Origin: Catajapyx aquilonaris
Lineage: Eukaryota
Assembly: GCA_000934665.2 (NCBI GenBank)
Contig: KZ538139.1
Coordinates: forward strand, 1-64,000
DNA: 64,000 bases
Direction: 5' to 3'
The position numbers were made by a program, and so were the translations under genes. The notes beneath the pieces were generated by a model that was not told where the DNA came from, did not search any database, and saw only the letters and a program-made list of their open reading frames with translations. Shown piece after piece: positions 11,025 to 23,900 of this stretch (the stretch's first letter is position 1; every line of letters begins with the position of its first letter).

Positions 11025-13637
11025 ATGCAACGATTTAGGGGCACGTTTCAGAAAATGAACAAATATGGAAGAGGTATACTTGCATGGGGGAAGACATCTC
11101 CGGTTCTTCCCATATACTCATGGGAAAGAGAACTGGGCATAACCAACAACCCTATCCTCACCAGCCTAGTGGAACGGGAGCGCAATTGGAGATCTCGCAT
11201 CTTCTACACTTGCGTCAAAGATTATTGCGGCAATACGTCACTTCATGGCTTAAAATACATTACTGCAGAAAACACATACTTTTGGGAAAAGTAAGTATTA
11301 TGATTATTCTCGTTAATTTAGAAACCAGCCTCAATATATGGGTGCTACACTGGAGTTCGGTTATCGTATGAATAAAAGCTGTACGTTAACTTATGATATT
11401 GTTGCAGAATATTTTGGCTGGTTGCTTTTGTCGTCAGTCTGACTGGAGCCATCCTATTTGTGTGGCCATTCTTTTCTAAATATTCGGACACTGCCTTTCA
11501 AACAGTGGTGGAATCCACGGCAGAGCCCATCTGGGACATCCCGTTCCCGGGAGTGACCATTTGTAACGTCAACAAGGCTTTTAAAGACAGGGTCAAAGAG
11601 CAAGCTAATGTTTCTCCGTAAGAGGCTACTCTTTTGCTTGCTAATGGTTGGGCAGTAAAACATGACTTCTTGCACAGGTGGAATAAGTACCACGATGACG
11701 TGGTGACAGAAATCGTCCGAATTTTATCTCGCATGGGTCAGGTTCACACTGATGCTGAACACATAATTAACGAAACCATCAAGAAAGCATATGATGAGCA
11801 TGAAGAAGATACAGATACGCTGATGAGAAATGTAAGTCTCCTCATCTTGCATATACATTCTGTACATTATTGTTGAACAATGGTCCGTCTCAGGTGGCCC
11901 AACCGAAAGAGAGAATGCTGCTGGAGTGCTGGTGGGTAGGAGAGTCAGTTGATTGCTCAAGCATCTTCGAAGAAACAAGGACTGATGAAGGATACTGCTG
12001 GGGATTTAACTCTGAGCCCATGAGATCAGTTCAAGATGGAGAGGTGTACAAGTGAGTAACATTGTCACGAAAATTTGAAATCATTTAATAATTGAGCTGA
12101 GACAAATTAAGTACTGTATCTGTATGCTACAGACCCGTCGATGGTGACTTTTATGATGAAAACCATGAAGGCTCCGATGGACTTGAAGTACAACATGGGT
12201 CAGGAGGTCATGGTTCTTATGCCGGAGGAACCATTCCATTTTCTGGCAAAATGATGTCTAAAATAATGATTGACCCGAGAGACGAAATTTTATTTTCAAG
12301 TCAAGCGAGATCTGGAAGAATGACTGCAGAAAAGGGCGAATTTGTTCCAAGGACTGTTTATGGTGCTGGTCCAAACATGGGACTAACCGTACTTCTAAAT
12401 CCGGACGTTAGTGAATACTGGGCAGCAACAAACAACTTTTTCGGCTTCAAGGTTCTGCACTTGTGACTGCGTCCCAATTGTCTGATTAATGTCTTGAATT
12501 GTATATGCAGGTTTTGGTTCACGATCCGGAAGATTTTCCTGACATTGGCACCCAGGGGTTCATTGCCAATGCAGGTAAAGAAATATTTGTTGCCGTGACC
12601 GCATCAGACACGCTTAGTAATGAAGATATAAAGGACCTAAAACCGGAGAAGAGGAAGTGTTTCTTCTCACATAATGAGCAGCCTCTCAACTTTTACCAGA
12701 CGTACAGTTACCCTAATTGTCTCCTAGAATGCAAAGTGGCTTCAATGAACAGAACGTGCAAATGTGTTCCATACATCTACAATCAACTACGTAAGTGTGG
12801 CCATAAGTCACGAATGACATGTAGTATGACATTACATTAATATAATGTGCCTAATTTCAGGTAATGTGAAAATATGCGATTACGAGCAGATGATGTGCAT
12901 CAACAATCATACCAGTATGATAATGTTCACTTACCAAAGTTATCAGCGATTATCATATACTTTTTGCTTTTTTATAGGAAAATTTTCGTCCCTGAAACCG
13001 AAAACCGGGAGTAATTCACATGGAATGGCAGGCTGTACTTGTCCAAAAGCGTGTGAGGAAAGAAAGTATTTCCCGGAAGTGACCACTGCTGACTTTCCTG
13101 TGTTTCCAAATGATATATTGGTACCCCATATTGAGGACCTGAACAAGTTAGTAATATTTAATTCAGTTGATAATCACATATCTATACATGTACAGTACGT
13201 TAATTGATTTTGATTTAACTTAACGTATGTCTTAGAATGCTATTGGTCAGCAGTATGTTCGAATTGAGGAAGGACATTCAAGCACTTGACAGATTTTACC
13301 ATTTCCTATATATATTATTTTCAGGTCGACTTTATGTTTACTGCGAGTGTTTTTTAAGGAGCTCACTTTCACTCAATACCGCCAAAGTTTGGTTTATGAT
13401 TGGGACGACTTAATAGGTAATACTTTACAATTTCTCTAGAGGCTAATTGCTGTATGGAGAGCAATCACTAAATGAGCTTCCTTTGTTTCAGCTGCTTTTG
13501 GAGGAATTGTTGGTCTCTTTATTGGATTTAGTTTCATTAGTGGTGTAGAGTTAATATTCTATTTCATTGCAAGACCTGTAGCCAAATATGTAGGTCATTA
13601 TTATCAGAAATCACAACCGTACAAAGGTCACATATAA
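11025..13637 (+). CDS. Pickpocket-type DEG/ENaC subunit, copy 4 (10 exons, intact)
   Basis: Exons 11025-11290, 11408-11617, 11678-11831, 11894-12051, 12133-12451, 12511-12790, 12861-12914, 12978-13146, 13325-13416, 13492-13637. HG motif, TM1, FPGVTICN, Cys-rich domain, TM2 GGIVGLFIGFS. Confidence 0.9.
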
Positions 13638-14557
13638 CCAGAAGATTCAGGACAATATTATTCAGTTCAGGATGAGGAATGAATAATAATAATTTCGTCT
13701 GATTTCCCCCGTTATAATTTGACCTAATGTTTGTTTGCCAAACAGTAATTTCCTTACGTGATACGTCGTGTTAGTGATATTGATCTCCCCATTCCTTTGC
13801 GACAAGGTTTGTGATTTCTAAGTGCGGGTAAACCTATTAGTAGCCTAGAAATAGTATCCATTGCTAAACACATACATTTGTGTCTAGCAATCAGTATTAC
13901 AGAAGCTCAAATTATCAGTTAATGCTGAAATACTATAACTTCTCTATAATACTCGTAGCCAAGTGTTTAATGACTTTAATCGAACCAGTGTATACAGGTC
14001 ACAAAGGTCGCACTTAGAACTAGCAACTAGGTTAAATCTAAATGATTACTTCAGAGTGCTAGATCTACGACTTTACTTACCTTCACAGCAATAACAATAG
14101 TCATATATTTTTAATAACAAAATGACGTTGTGAACTACTGTATGTTCAGAATTAACTGTAAGTTGAACACAAAAATTAATAAATGCCAGAATGCAATAAT
14201 CCCAATGCATTAGTTAATAAAAATGAATGCATTGCCATCATCCAACCTCACCAGGCCCTCTTTCCTCTCCCAATGTGCTTTGTGCTTGAAGGAACCTCCA
14301 GTTGCGTGACTGGAACATGGAACACAATTACTTTCCACCAAAATGGAAAAAAAGGAACGTAATTCTGCCGACGCCCCAGACAATCCCAATGGACTTGCAT
14401 CTGCTGACATGTCCTTTGTATAACGATTCTGTCAGCGAGTGTGAGTCAACACTTACTGCAAATAGTGTCCTAATGTGTCAGCTCCGGAGATTCCCAGTGT
14501 AGGCCTAGACAGTTCCAAGTCCCTCAAGAGGACAGGTGGATAACTATAAGTATTACT

Positions 14558-16794
14558 ATGGCGCAAAAGAGTATGACTAGGTGGTGGCAACATTCTACAC
14601 ACGATCTGACAGCATCAGTAAGCAATGGTTCTTTGGCCAATTGGCGAAAACGTCAAAGAAAGAAGCGAAAGTGCTCTTGCTTTCGAGAATATTGTGCAAA
14701 CACCTCACTGCATGGACTGAAGTATGTTGCTGATGACAACACTTACTCCGTGGAAAAGTAAGTACTTTTTTCAATTATTCAACATGATGTTCCAACCCCT
14801 GCAATTTTTTCAGAATATTTTGGTTTATATGCCTCTGTGGAAGCCTGGCTGGAGCTACATATTTTCTTCTGCCCTGCTTCACTAAATATTACGAGTCGCG
14901 TGTAGTTACAAGAGTTGAATCAATGGAAGAGCCCATATGGCGCATCTCATTTCCAGGAGTGACAATATGTAATGTGAACAAAGCCAATGGCCTGTTAGTC
15001 AAGGAGGAATCAAATAAACCTCCGTAAGCTATTGCTGCACATTCAGCTTATAGCTATGTAAAAATAATTCGAGTTTTACTTATAAATGCGCAGGTGGGCC
15101 AATACCTCTCAAGAAATAGTCAAGCAAATTGTGGACACTTTATCGTACATGGGACAAGTTGATACGAATAAAGAACCCGAATTGAACGACTCTGTCAGGA
15201 TGGCCTACAATGCTTATGCAGATGACATTGACTCTTTAATGAGAAATGTGAGCATTAGTGACCTGGTAATAATGAATGGCTATGTAATTTAATTATTACC
15301 ATAAAAGGTGATGCAGCCTCTCGAAAGAATGATCCTGAAGTGTTGGTGGATTGGAGATCCAGTCAACTGCTCTGAAATCTTTAGCCTTAAACGAACAGAC
15401 GAAGGGTATTGCTGGGCATTCAACGCAGTGCCAATGAGATCTATTGAACCAGGGACAGAGTTGTACAAGTGAGTTAATCTGCGACACACATTCTGTAAGA
15501 TCGGATTTTACTACATTTTATTTTCAGAAAATCTCATACAAAAGTGACCAAGACAAGCGATTTCACCCCGTTGACTGTCCACGGTGCTGGTCCTAACATG
15601 GGACTGACCGTTCTTCTGAATCCGGATGAAGATCAGTACGTCGCCAACTCAAATAATTTTTGTGGCTTCAAGGTACACGTGTTCAGATATTTTAAAGACT
15701 ATTAACTACCTTATCTATTATGATATTCTCTCAGGTGCTTGTACACGACCCGGAAGACTTTCCAGATATAGGCACCAAAGGATTTGTTGCAGACGCTGGC
15801 AGGGAAATGTTTGTTGCTGTTACACCGACAGCAACCCTCAGCTCAGATGAAATCAAAGCACTCAAACCAAAGACAAGGAGGTGCTACCTACCAAGAAATG
15901 AAGTAGACCTCAATTTATTCACAACTTACAGCTACGACAACTGCCTCTTGGAATGCAAAGTCTCCAGTATGAACAAGACATGCAAATGCATACCATATAT
16001 CTACAATCAGTTACGTAAGTAAATGCATTTGGTTGCCCAACAAGCTGCACAGAAAGTCGGAGAGAAATTGTTTAAATAATTCCAGGAAATGTTGAAACCT
16101 GTGATTATGATCAGATGGCCTGTATCAATAATAATACAAGTAAGTGCTAAATATTTATCGAATGTTCCACCTTATAACCAAATTACAAGCATTTCTTCCC
16201 TAGAGAAGTTCTCATCTATTGCCTCTAGAAATGACAAGCTTGAATCGCCTGATATGATGCACTGTGCTTGTCCAAAGAGCTGCGAAGAAGTTGTGTATAT
16301 CACTGAAGTGACTTCTGCTACCTTCCCTCTCTATCCACATGAGGTTATTGTGCCACCTGATGTGGGACACTTAAACAAGTATGTAAAAATTATTTTAACC
16401 CTCTCGGTGCCGGTGCCGTATTTTACGGCGCTACACTTTGAGTATTTTTTTGGCTGACATTACTGATATGCAGGTTTCTTTTTAGGTCACGATTGTCGTT
16501 ACTTCGCATATTTTTCAAGGATCTTAGTTTTGTTCTTTACCGTCAAGAGCTGTTATATTCATGGGATGATCTGATAGGTAAGAAGTCACACAAACAGTGA
16601 ATCAATATCACTGCAAAAATGGTCGAAGTATAATTTGTCCAATTATTTTAGCTGCTTTCGGAGGAATTGTGGGTCTCTTCGTTGGGTTCAGCTTTATCAG
16701 TGCCGCTGAAGTAATGTTCTATTTTATCCTCAAACCAATTATCCGATGCTGTGGTTATTTTGGACCATCTGCAGCAAGTAATGACCAGAATTAA
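14558..16794 (+). CDS. Pickpocket-type DEG/ENaC subunit, copy 5 (10 exons, apparently intact)
   Basis: YCANTSLHGLKY, FPGVTICNVNK, TDEGYCWAFN, short exon 5 (15528-15672), YSYDNCLLEC, TM2 AAFGGIVGLFVGFSFISAAE; same intron positions as the paralogues. Confidence 0.9.
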
Positions 16795-17318
16795 GACCAT
16801 GGTAAATTCTACTCACAAACACGACTCTTCCTCATGTATAAAGTGTAAGTAAATATTCATACTCAATGCAACCGTATAACTAAACCCATTATAATAATTT
16901 CAATTTTAATATTATGCAAATACAATACTACCATATTAATGACTCTAATGAGTATCAGATGTCAATAAAACCAATGTCATTAACCTGTGAAGTTACATGA
17001 ATTTTTATATTATTTTACATGAAAAGCACCCCCTAGCAGCCTCACCCTAACCACACCCTCCACTGCTTCCGCAAACGCCCCAAACAACCCATTGTCAACA
17101 ATTAAGTGTTGCGTAACCTAATATGCATCAGGGGATAGGTGAGGTCCACATCACACGCGTAGGTGGTTTAGAAAAAGTGTGTTTTGTTCAGGTAAAAATA
17201 ATCAACTTGAATGTTTCAATAGCAATATGGAGCATATTTATTGTTTTTTTATTGTGAATTTAGGATTCGAGCAATTTTCAATATTAAGACAAGTTCTAAG
17301 GGTAAAGCCAGTTCTCAT

Positions 17319-18721
17319 TTATACAATATACAAAATTAATACTCCTATAATCATGAGGGGGAACCACAGACTAATTGGACCCACACCTGCTGGTGTACAT
17401 GTCTCAAACTCGTTCACCAGAGAATCAAAAGCTGTCCAGGCACTTTCATCCTGAAAGCAAAAGGCCCCTCCGCTCTTCTTGTCTGTCATATATTTCCTGC
17501 TGGTGCCTCCTATGCATACCCATGGTCTGTCACTGTCTGTTGAAACAGCCCACTCTGAATGGTCTAATCGGCTGGAGAAAGATTCTTCGTTTGGAAGTTC
17601 TACTTTCTCAACTGTCATCAAACTGAAAATTACAAGACTATAATGGTCATGAACAATAAAGTAGCACATAAGACATACGCATATTCCTTAGTACACACTG
17701 ATGAAGATCCCTCTGGTCCAACAGGCCAACTGTGAATATACATGTCCGTGCCCAGAGCAGGGGCAATCCAATCTGAGTACAGGCTGAAGTTGTAACCTGC
17801 GTCGGTTCCAGAAAACAACAATATTGTTTGTCCGTTTTCGAGGGTTATATTTTTACTAAGCCATGACGAAGTTTCGTTGTCAGTGTCCTTGTCGGGTTTA
17901 TCGTCAACCAAGGCGGAAGAACGATATATCTGTGATTCGGGCACTTCCAGCTGGTGTACATTTAGTTCCTCCAAGGCGCTATCTGAAACCATGCTATTTA
18001 GACAGCCAGGATTTGGAAATTTCAAAAAACATACTGACGTACCTACGATGTTTTTCTGCTCATCAGGGACTGACACGCATAAGACAATGTGTCCGTACTT
18101 CCTTTCCGAATCAGGTAACTGGTAATTTCTTGTCAAATTTAAGTTTGGAATGCTGTGCACAATCCAGATGCCACTGGAGTTGTCAGCGGTGTTGGAGAAT
18201 ATGACCAATCCCTTACCATGACCACATTCGTCATCTTCGCTGTTGTTCTGAACCTCATCATCATACATCAGTGGCATAAACTGTGTGGAAAGGGAACGAT
18301 TCACACATCACTGTACTATGACCCAACAATAGTCACAACTATAGACTCTCATAGCTCTAACCAGCTGTCGTTGAGTAGGTTCCCAAAGAGGCTGTAGAGT
18401 TCTGCTAATCATTGACATCGGATCATTAATGTCGTAATTGGAAACGAAGAATTTTTCCGGTGCCTCTCGTTGGTCATAATAATTGGATTTGGATCTTATG
18501 AAGAAATGTGCTGTACCATCTGGGTCGACTTGTCGAGGGGCCTTGTATACCACGTACCTGAAAGTACGGTTCAGTTATGTGCACAGTGCACCAAGAAGGA
18601 GAGGTGAATACCACCAGGTCGCTCACCAGTCAAGGTCGAAACCCCACTCGTCCTTGCACTTTATCCCTGCAGCAATTGCTAAGATCGAGGACATCAGGGC
18701 TAGCCATAATGGAAGCCTCAT
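17319..18721 (-). CDS. DNase II-family (PLD superfamily) protein with signal peptide, degenerate second HxK motif and hydrophobic C-terminal tail
   Basis: MRLPLWLALMSSILAIAAG-IKCKDEWGFDLDW|YVVYKAP; GHGKG; GIWIVHSIP; YGHIVLCVS; LYSDWIAPAL; DHSEWAVS; WVCIGGTSR...SGGAFC. Multi-exon, GT-AG; one internal intron near 18000-18040 is uncertain. Confidence 0.85.
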
Positions 18722-18809
18722 GTTCAAGTCGACGATAATTTTTATAATAATAAATGTAGAATCAACGTTGCCACAGTTGCTAGGGAATGTAATAATCGTA
18801 GTGGACGTG

Positions 18810-19022
18810 TATATATATAAGCCCTCTGATTGGTCCGCCGCTTATTGTTGCCGCCACCTTCTCATTGGGCCGTGTTCATTGTTACCTGGACCTGGACGTA
18901 TTGTTACCATGACGCCTCCAATTGGCCCCGTTCCGAGCAGGTTCCGAGCATGCGCAATGGGTGGACAGTCGCTTGCTGGACGTCAACAAGGACACAATCA
19001 TCTCCTCTCCTGTGAAGACCCT
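18810..19022 (+). repeat. Dispersed repeat, copy B, just upstream of the DNase II-like start
   Basis: Matches 6234-6415; its tatataagccctctgattggtccg end recurs inverted at ~9912-9935. Confidence 0.8.
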
Positions 19023-19367
19023 CTCCTAAAATATAGCCAATATTTCTTATTTAAATGTCATATCCTTATTCAGGCACATTAAGATTATTCAGAATTGTCT
19101 GCTTTTATCTCGGATAATTTTTCTTTGTTGACCAGTGTAATTTACCTTGAAATACTGAATTGAAGAAAAAGCTGACAATTGTCAGAGACGACTAACCTAC
19201 AGTGAACCTATAAGCAAAGAGCACTGCTTTACAGTCTTAACATCACCAACACAATAGGCACAGAATTTTTTTTAAAAAAAAGTACTTATCAATTATCAAC
19301 TAATCAACATGATCATATTGTGTAACACTGGTTCAAATGTTCAATGCACATCAGGTTTATTTTGCCA

Positions 19368-19727
19368 CTAGCTGCGGCGGGAAGGATATACTCTAACAAC
19401 GGTGGCGGCACCCGGCGTTGCCCGGGAAGAAATGAATGAAGGGAAAACACCTGCCAGTACCCCCGTGCCCCGTCAATTGTCTGTCTTTCTGTGTGTCCGG
19501 CCACCAATGCCATCTGTGGTCCTGCTACTCCAACACCTTCAATCTCTCCCGCCTGTATAACCTAAGTGTATAACCAACCGTCATTTGCCTGCCATCTGTA
19601 GTCAACCTCCATCACCTACATCCTCTCCCGGCCTGTGGGTGGAGCACAGATGGCAGGCAAGTGACTGTTGGCAGGCGGACAGACAGAGAGAGACAGACAG
19701 ACTCACAAACGGATTTATTTATATAGA
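19368..19727 (-). mobile_element. Non-autonomous Helitron (~360 bp)
   Basis: Minus strand reads A|TCTATATAAATAAA...(GTCT)n...CCCGGGCAACGCCGGG hairpin...CTAG|T: 5' TC, 3' CTAG, inserted between A and T, no TSD. Confidence 0.8.
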
Positions 19728-20968
19728 TTAACCGACATAAATATTGGTCTGGCACTGTCAGATAAACGCACAAAACTGTCTTTTAATTGATGTGATGCAA
19801 CTGATGTGACCTTTATTCCCATAACTCATAATTCTCATAAGATGAACTGATTAGTCCCTTGAGTCGCAGTGGATGTAAACGCTCATCAACATTGTCTCTA
19901 CCAAGGAGACTTTCCAAGGCTACGCATCAAGCACATTGTAAATACAAAGCGAGACATATCTCTGACAGCTTGCCTGGCTGAATGGATTCGTTACATTTCT
20001 GGTAACCTAGATGCATTCCGAGTAACAACACACTATTGCCACCAATGAAAAAAAACAACTCATTTCCAGAACACTGCTTGATAGCTATACATAACGTCAC
20101 CTTTTTGGGAACGATTCTTAAATCACATTGTGACTGGAAATAACGATATTGGCAATTGCGTGACTATTTTACCTGCAGTATCATACCTCTACTGCAAAAA
20201 TGTCATCATCGTTTGGCGATTCTAATCTTCGGGGGCCGTTCGTCGCTGCAGACAACCAAAGGTTATGGAGCAATCTTTAATCAACTTAGCTACAGTTGCA
20301 TCTCAACAAATACTGTATAACCACCCATATAATGTCACGTCAAGTTCTTCCCGCTAACCTAAAAAATGCATGATCTGCACAAAAAATACCTTCTGGTCTT
20401 CCCAACCAGGCCACGTAAAACCTGTCTACTCTGGGTACTTCATGGCATGGGTTAATAATTATATCGATAACATTTTATGTAATCGGTAGCTATGAGCCAG
20501 TGTGTACTGCAGTTGTCTACATTCGATTTTTAGTTGGGTGAGAAACTCTCTAGAATGTTGTCCAACACTGTAGAACAGACAACACTTCATAGTGACCTTG
20601 ATATTGGTTGATACAACAGGGCGTGAAGCACTTAATTGCATGGAATTGACCACTCAATTCCTGGTTACTAAGTCACGCATTTCACATGATGACACCTGGC
20701 CACCGCATGCAATTATAACCAGGAGAAACAAACTACTCGATTTGTGGTATTAGTGCGATGGGATTCAGTCACGAGTGCCAGTACAAAGAATTCATAGCAT
20801 ATGCGACGTATGGTGATGTAATTGTGAAAAGTGATGTTTACTTATTCAGAAGAAGCTGAGGTAAGTGTTAACTCATTTTAGATTAGATAGCCACCTAATA
20901 ATGTCGTTATTTCATAAAATCATAACATGTAGGTTAGGAATAACGTTGCTTATATTTCCCTAGTCAAT

Positions 20969-23900
20969 ATGATACGAGGAGGTCTATCTGCATGGGAAGA
21001 CCATCCTTTACGTCATTCTCCTCACCTGTTGCAAAACAAGGCAGGATCAAACAACAACCATGGCTTTCCAATTGCCATTCTTAAGAAGCCGCAATGCAAA
21101 AAGAGAAAATATTGCCATTGCTTTAAAGAGTACTGCGAAAATACCTCCCTTCATGGCCTGAAGTATGTTGCTGACGACACCTCACACAAGTTGGAGAAGT
21201 GAGTATGCTATTTTTTTGACTCGTATTATAGGCTATTAGTTTGACTATCATAAATATCATTGGACTAATCTTCCCTAACCATAGACTGATTCTGACAATC
21301 AGAAAATACCCCTTTTATGATTAATATTTTCAGGATATTCTGGTTTGTATGCCTCTGCATATGCCTGATTGGAGCTATACTCTTTCTGATGCCATGTTTC
21401 ACCAAATATTCCGAATCCCGGACAACAACAAGCGTCGAATCAACTGGAGAACCTATCTGGAATATTGAATTTCCAGGAGTGACTATTTGCAATGTAAACA
21501 AAGCATCCAAAACACTAGTTGCGGAAGAACACAAGAAATCTCCGTAAGTGTCAAGTAACTGTGTCAAGGATCGTGTCAGTTAATGTACTAATTCTTACTA
21601 ACAGGTGGTCCCAGTATAAAGAAAATGTAGTGGATGGTATAGTGGACGTTCTGTCTCAAATGGGACAGGTGAACACGAATAAGCAGCCCAAATATAGTGA
21701 AGAAGTGAAGGAGGCGTATAATTCACACGAAGATATCATTGATGATTTAATGAGAAAGGTGATTAAGATGTCTGATGATTAAGATGACAGCTGGTTCTGT
21801 CTGGGTCCCCTTGTCCAATGGAATGTCTCTCGTCATGTCATCTTGCTTACTAAACTCTCCGTTTGGACATTAATCGCGTCATACTGCTAGCGACATTTTT
21901 CGACGCGGCAGACGTGCAAATCGAAGTGAGCGAGCCGTGCGAATCAGAAGAGGTAGGCCTTGGGTGGCTGTGGGGCGACGTACGTAGAAAAGGATTGTCC
22001 CCCAGCCAGTGACATCCAGGCGCGGATCCGGGGGGGGGGGGGGGGGCAANNNNNNNNNNNNNNNNNNNNNNNNNNNNNNNNNNTACCCCCCCCCCACCTA
22101 TACCCTTGTGCCCCCCCTGAAAACATTTCTGGATCCGCGCCTGGTGACATTACCCAAGGCCTACCTCTTCTTACTCGCACGGCTCGCACTCTATCACTTC
22201 GATTTACACGTCTGCCGCATCGGAAACTGTCGCTAGCAGTATGACAAGATTAATGTCCAACACTGTACCATCTACGAATTTGTATAACTTTGAAATGAAC
22301 AAACTAAATCTCATTGTGACAACTACATGACACATTTCAACTTACACAATATCACGGCTAAGATGGCAAATGTGGAATTATTATAACACTGGTTGGTATA
22401 TTCAGAGTATACAGCACCGACAATTTCTCTAGGTGGTTCAGCCACTCGACAGAATGATACTGAAGTGCTGGTGGATTGGAGAACTAACCAACTGTTCGCA
22501 GATATTTCGTAGAATACGCACTGATGAAGGTTATTGCTGGGGATTCAACTCGGAACCCATGAAAGACCTCAAAGATGGAGAATACAAGTAAGTTCGATGA
22601 AAGTTTGTTTAGTTTTCATTGTGAAATATCTTAGACACATTTTTCAAGCACTGTTTCAAAATCAGTAAGCTAGGGTTCACTTGGTTTGAAATTACATCTG
22701 CTTTTCTTGCTCATCACAGAGACATTCACTCATATTTTGATAATTTTGAAGAGAAGCCTGCAAGTCGTCCACGCAAAGTTGAAGGAAATAGGGATAATTT
22801 TTTCTCAGGTACGTTATAGCTTATTTTATTATGGTACTTTCAAATTGCGATTTATGTATGAAATAGGTGTCAATTAATTCAAGATTAATGTGTGTGTCAA
22901 GAAAAAGATACTGTAGTATAAAAATATTTATTTTCCATGGTTTCTTCCATAAATCTGGTAGCCTTTACCGGATCAGAGTGGAGACAATGTGAGCCATCAG
23001 CGATGTATACCATCCCTATATAGTGCAGACGAGCCAATATCAGAACCTATAGACATCAGGAACAGAATGTTATGTTGGCGGATGTGAAATCAGAAATTCC
23101 TGACAATGACATTACCATCATCAGTTTTTTATGTTTTATTGTATACCGAGGCTTTGTAATAAGTATAGTTCTCTCAGTGACACTAGCTAAGCAAACCTTT
23201 TAGGGTATTTTGTCTGTTTCATCATGATCCACTTGGCTCCAGTGGTTATTTTGATCATCTCTGTGTCCTTCTTGATCCCTGGTGTCGACACTTCAGGAGC
23301 TTTGGTCACTTCTTCTCCAGTAATCACCTCATACTTGACGTTCGCCCGTCGATTGGGTAAATTGTCAGGGTCGACTATCAACTGGGTCTTGAGCCTGAAG
23401 ACAGAGCAGGTAGTGGGGATGTTCTTGAACTGATGCTGGATGTCCTTTGACGGCAGACCATATTCCTCCCTGGTCTCCTCATTCAGCCTCTCCACCTTGA
23501 GCATCTCCACCGTGTCAGGTTTCACCTGCTTCGGTGACTCGGGTTTAACCGTTTTTGGAGCAGGGGGTCCTCGAGACGACCTCTTCGGATTGACCGGCGG
23601 ACTGGGGGTGATGGTCTTTCGGACCCTGTTCCTGTCCTTCACCACCTTTGTGCTGGCTGGTATTGTCCTCTTTTTCTTCAGTAAGGCTTCCAGGCTGCTG
23701 TCAGTCGGATGTAGGATTCCGGTGACCTCTGGTATGCTCTCGAAATCCTCAGAGGGTTCCTCGGAGCTGGGATCGCTGGTGTCGCCAGCCCTGCCACGTC
23801 GACTGAAGATTTTTATCAGAGACGGGGAACGGGACTCTGTATCGGACGAGACCTCGGACATGTTCAATGGTGGTCCGTTCACATCATATTCGGGATGTAT

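Larger units (their letters stand above)
5097..13912 (+). repeat. Tandem segmental duplication carrying DEG/ENaC copies 3 and 4 (units ~5097-9845 and ~10382-13912)
   Basis: Shared upstream sequence (e.g. aatggtaacctggatatttcattgact, gttgcatgggaaactttacgcccacag), near-identical exons and several introns, and a shared 3' flank ending at aagctcaaatt. Confidence 0.9.

Noticed and set aside
18483..19082. 199-aa + strand ORF
   Set aside because: Runs antisense over DNase II-like exons and then through a dispersed repeat; no coding signature.
22029..22095. Poly-G/poly-C tract as a functional G-quadruplex element
   Set aside because: It is the interior of a MITE and spans an assembly gap, so the sequence is unreliable.
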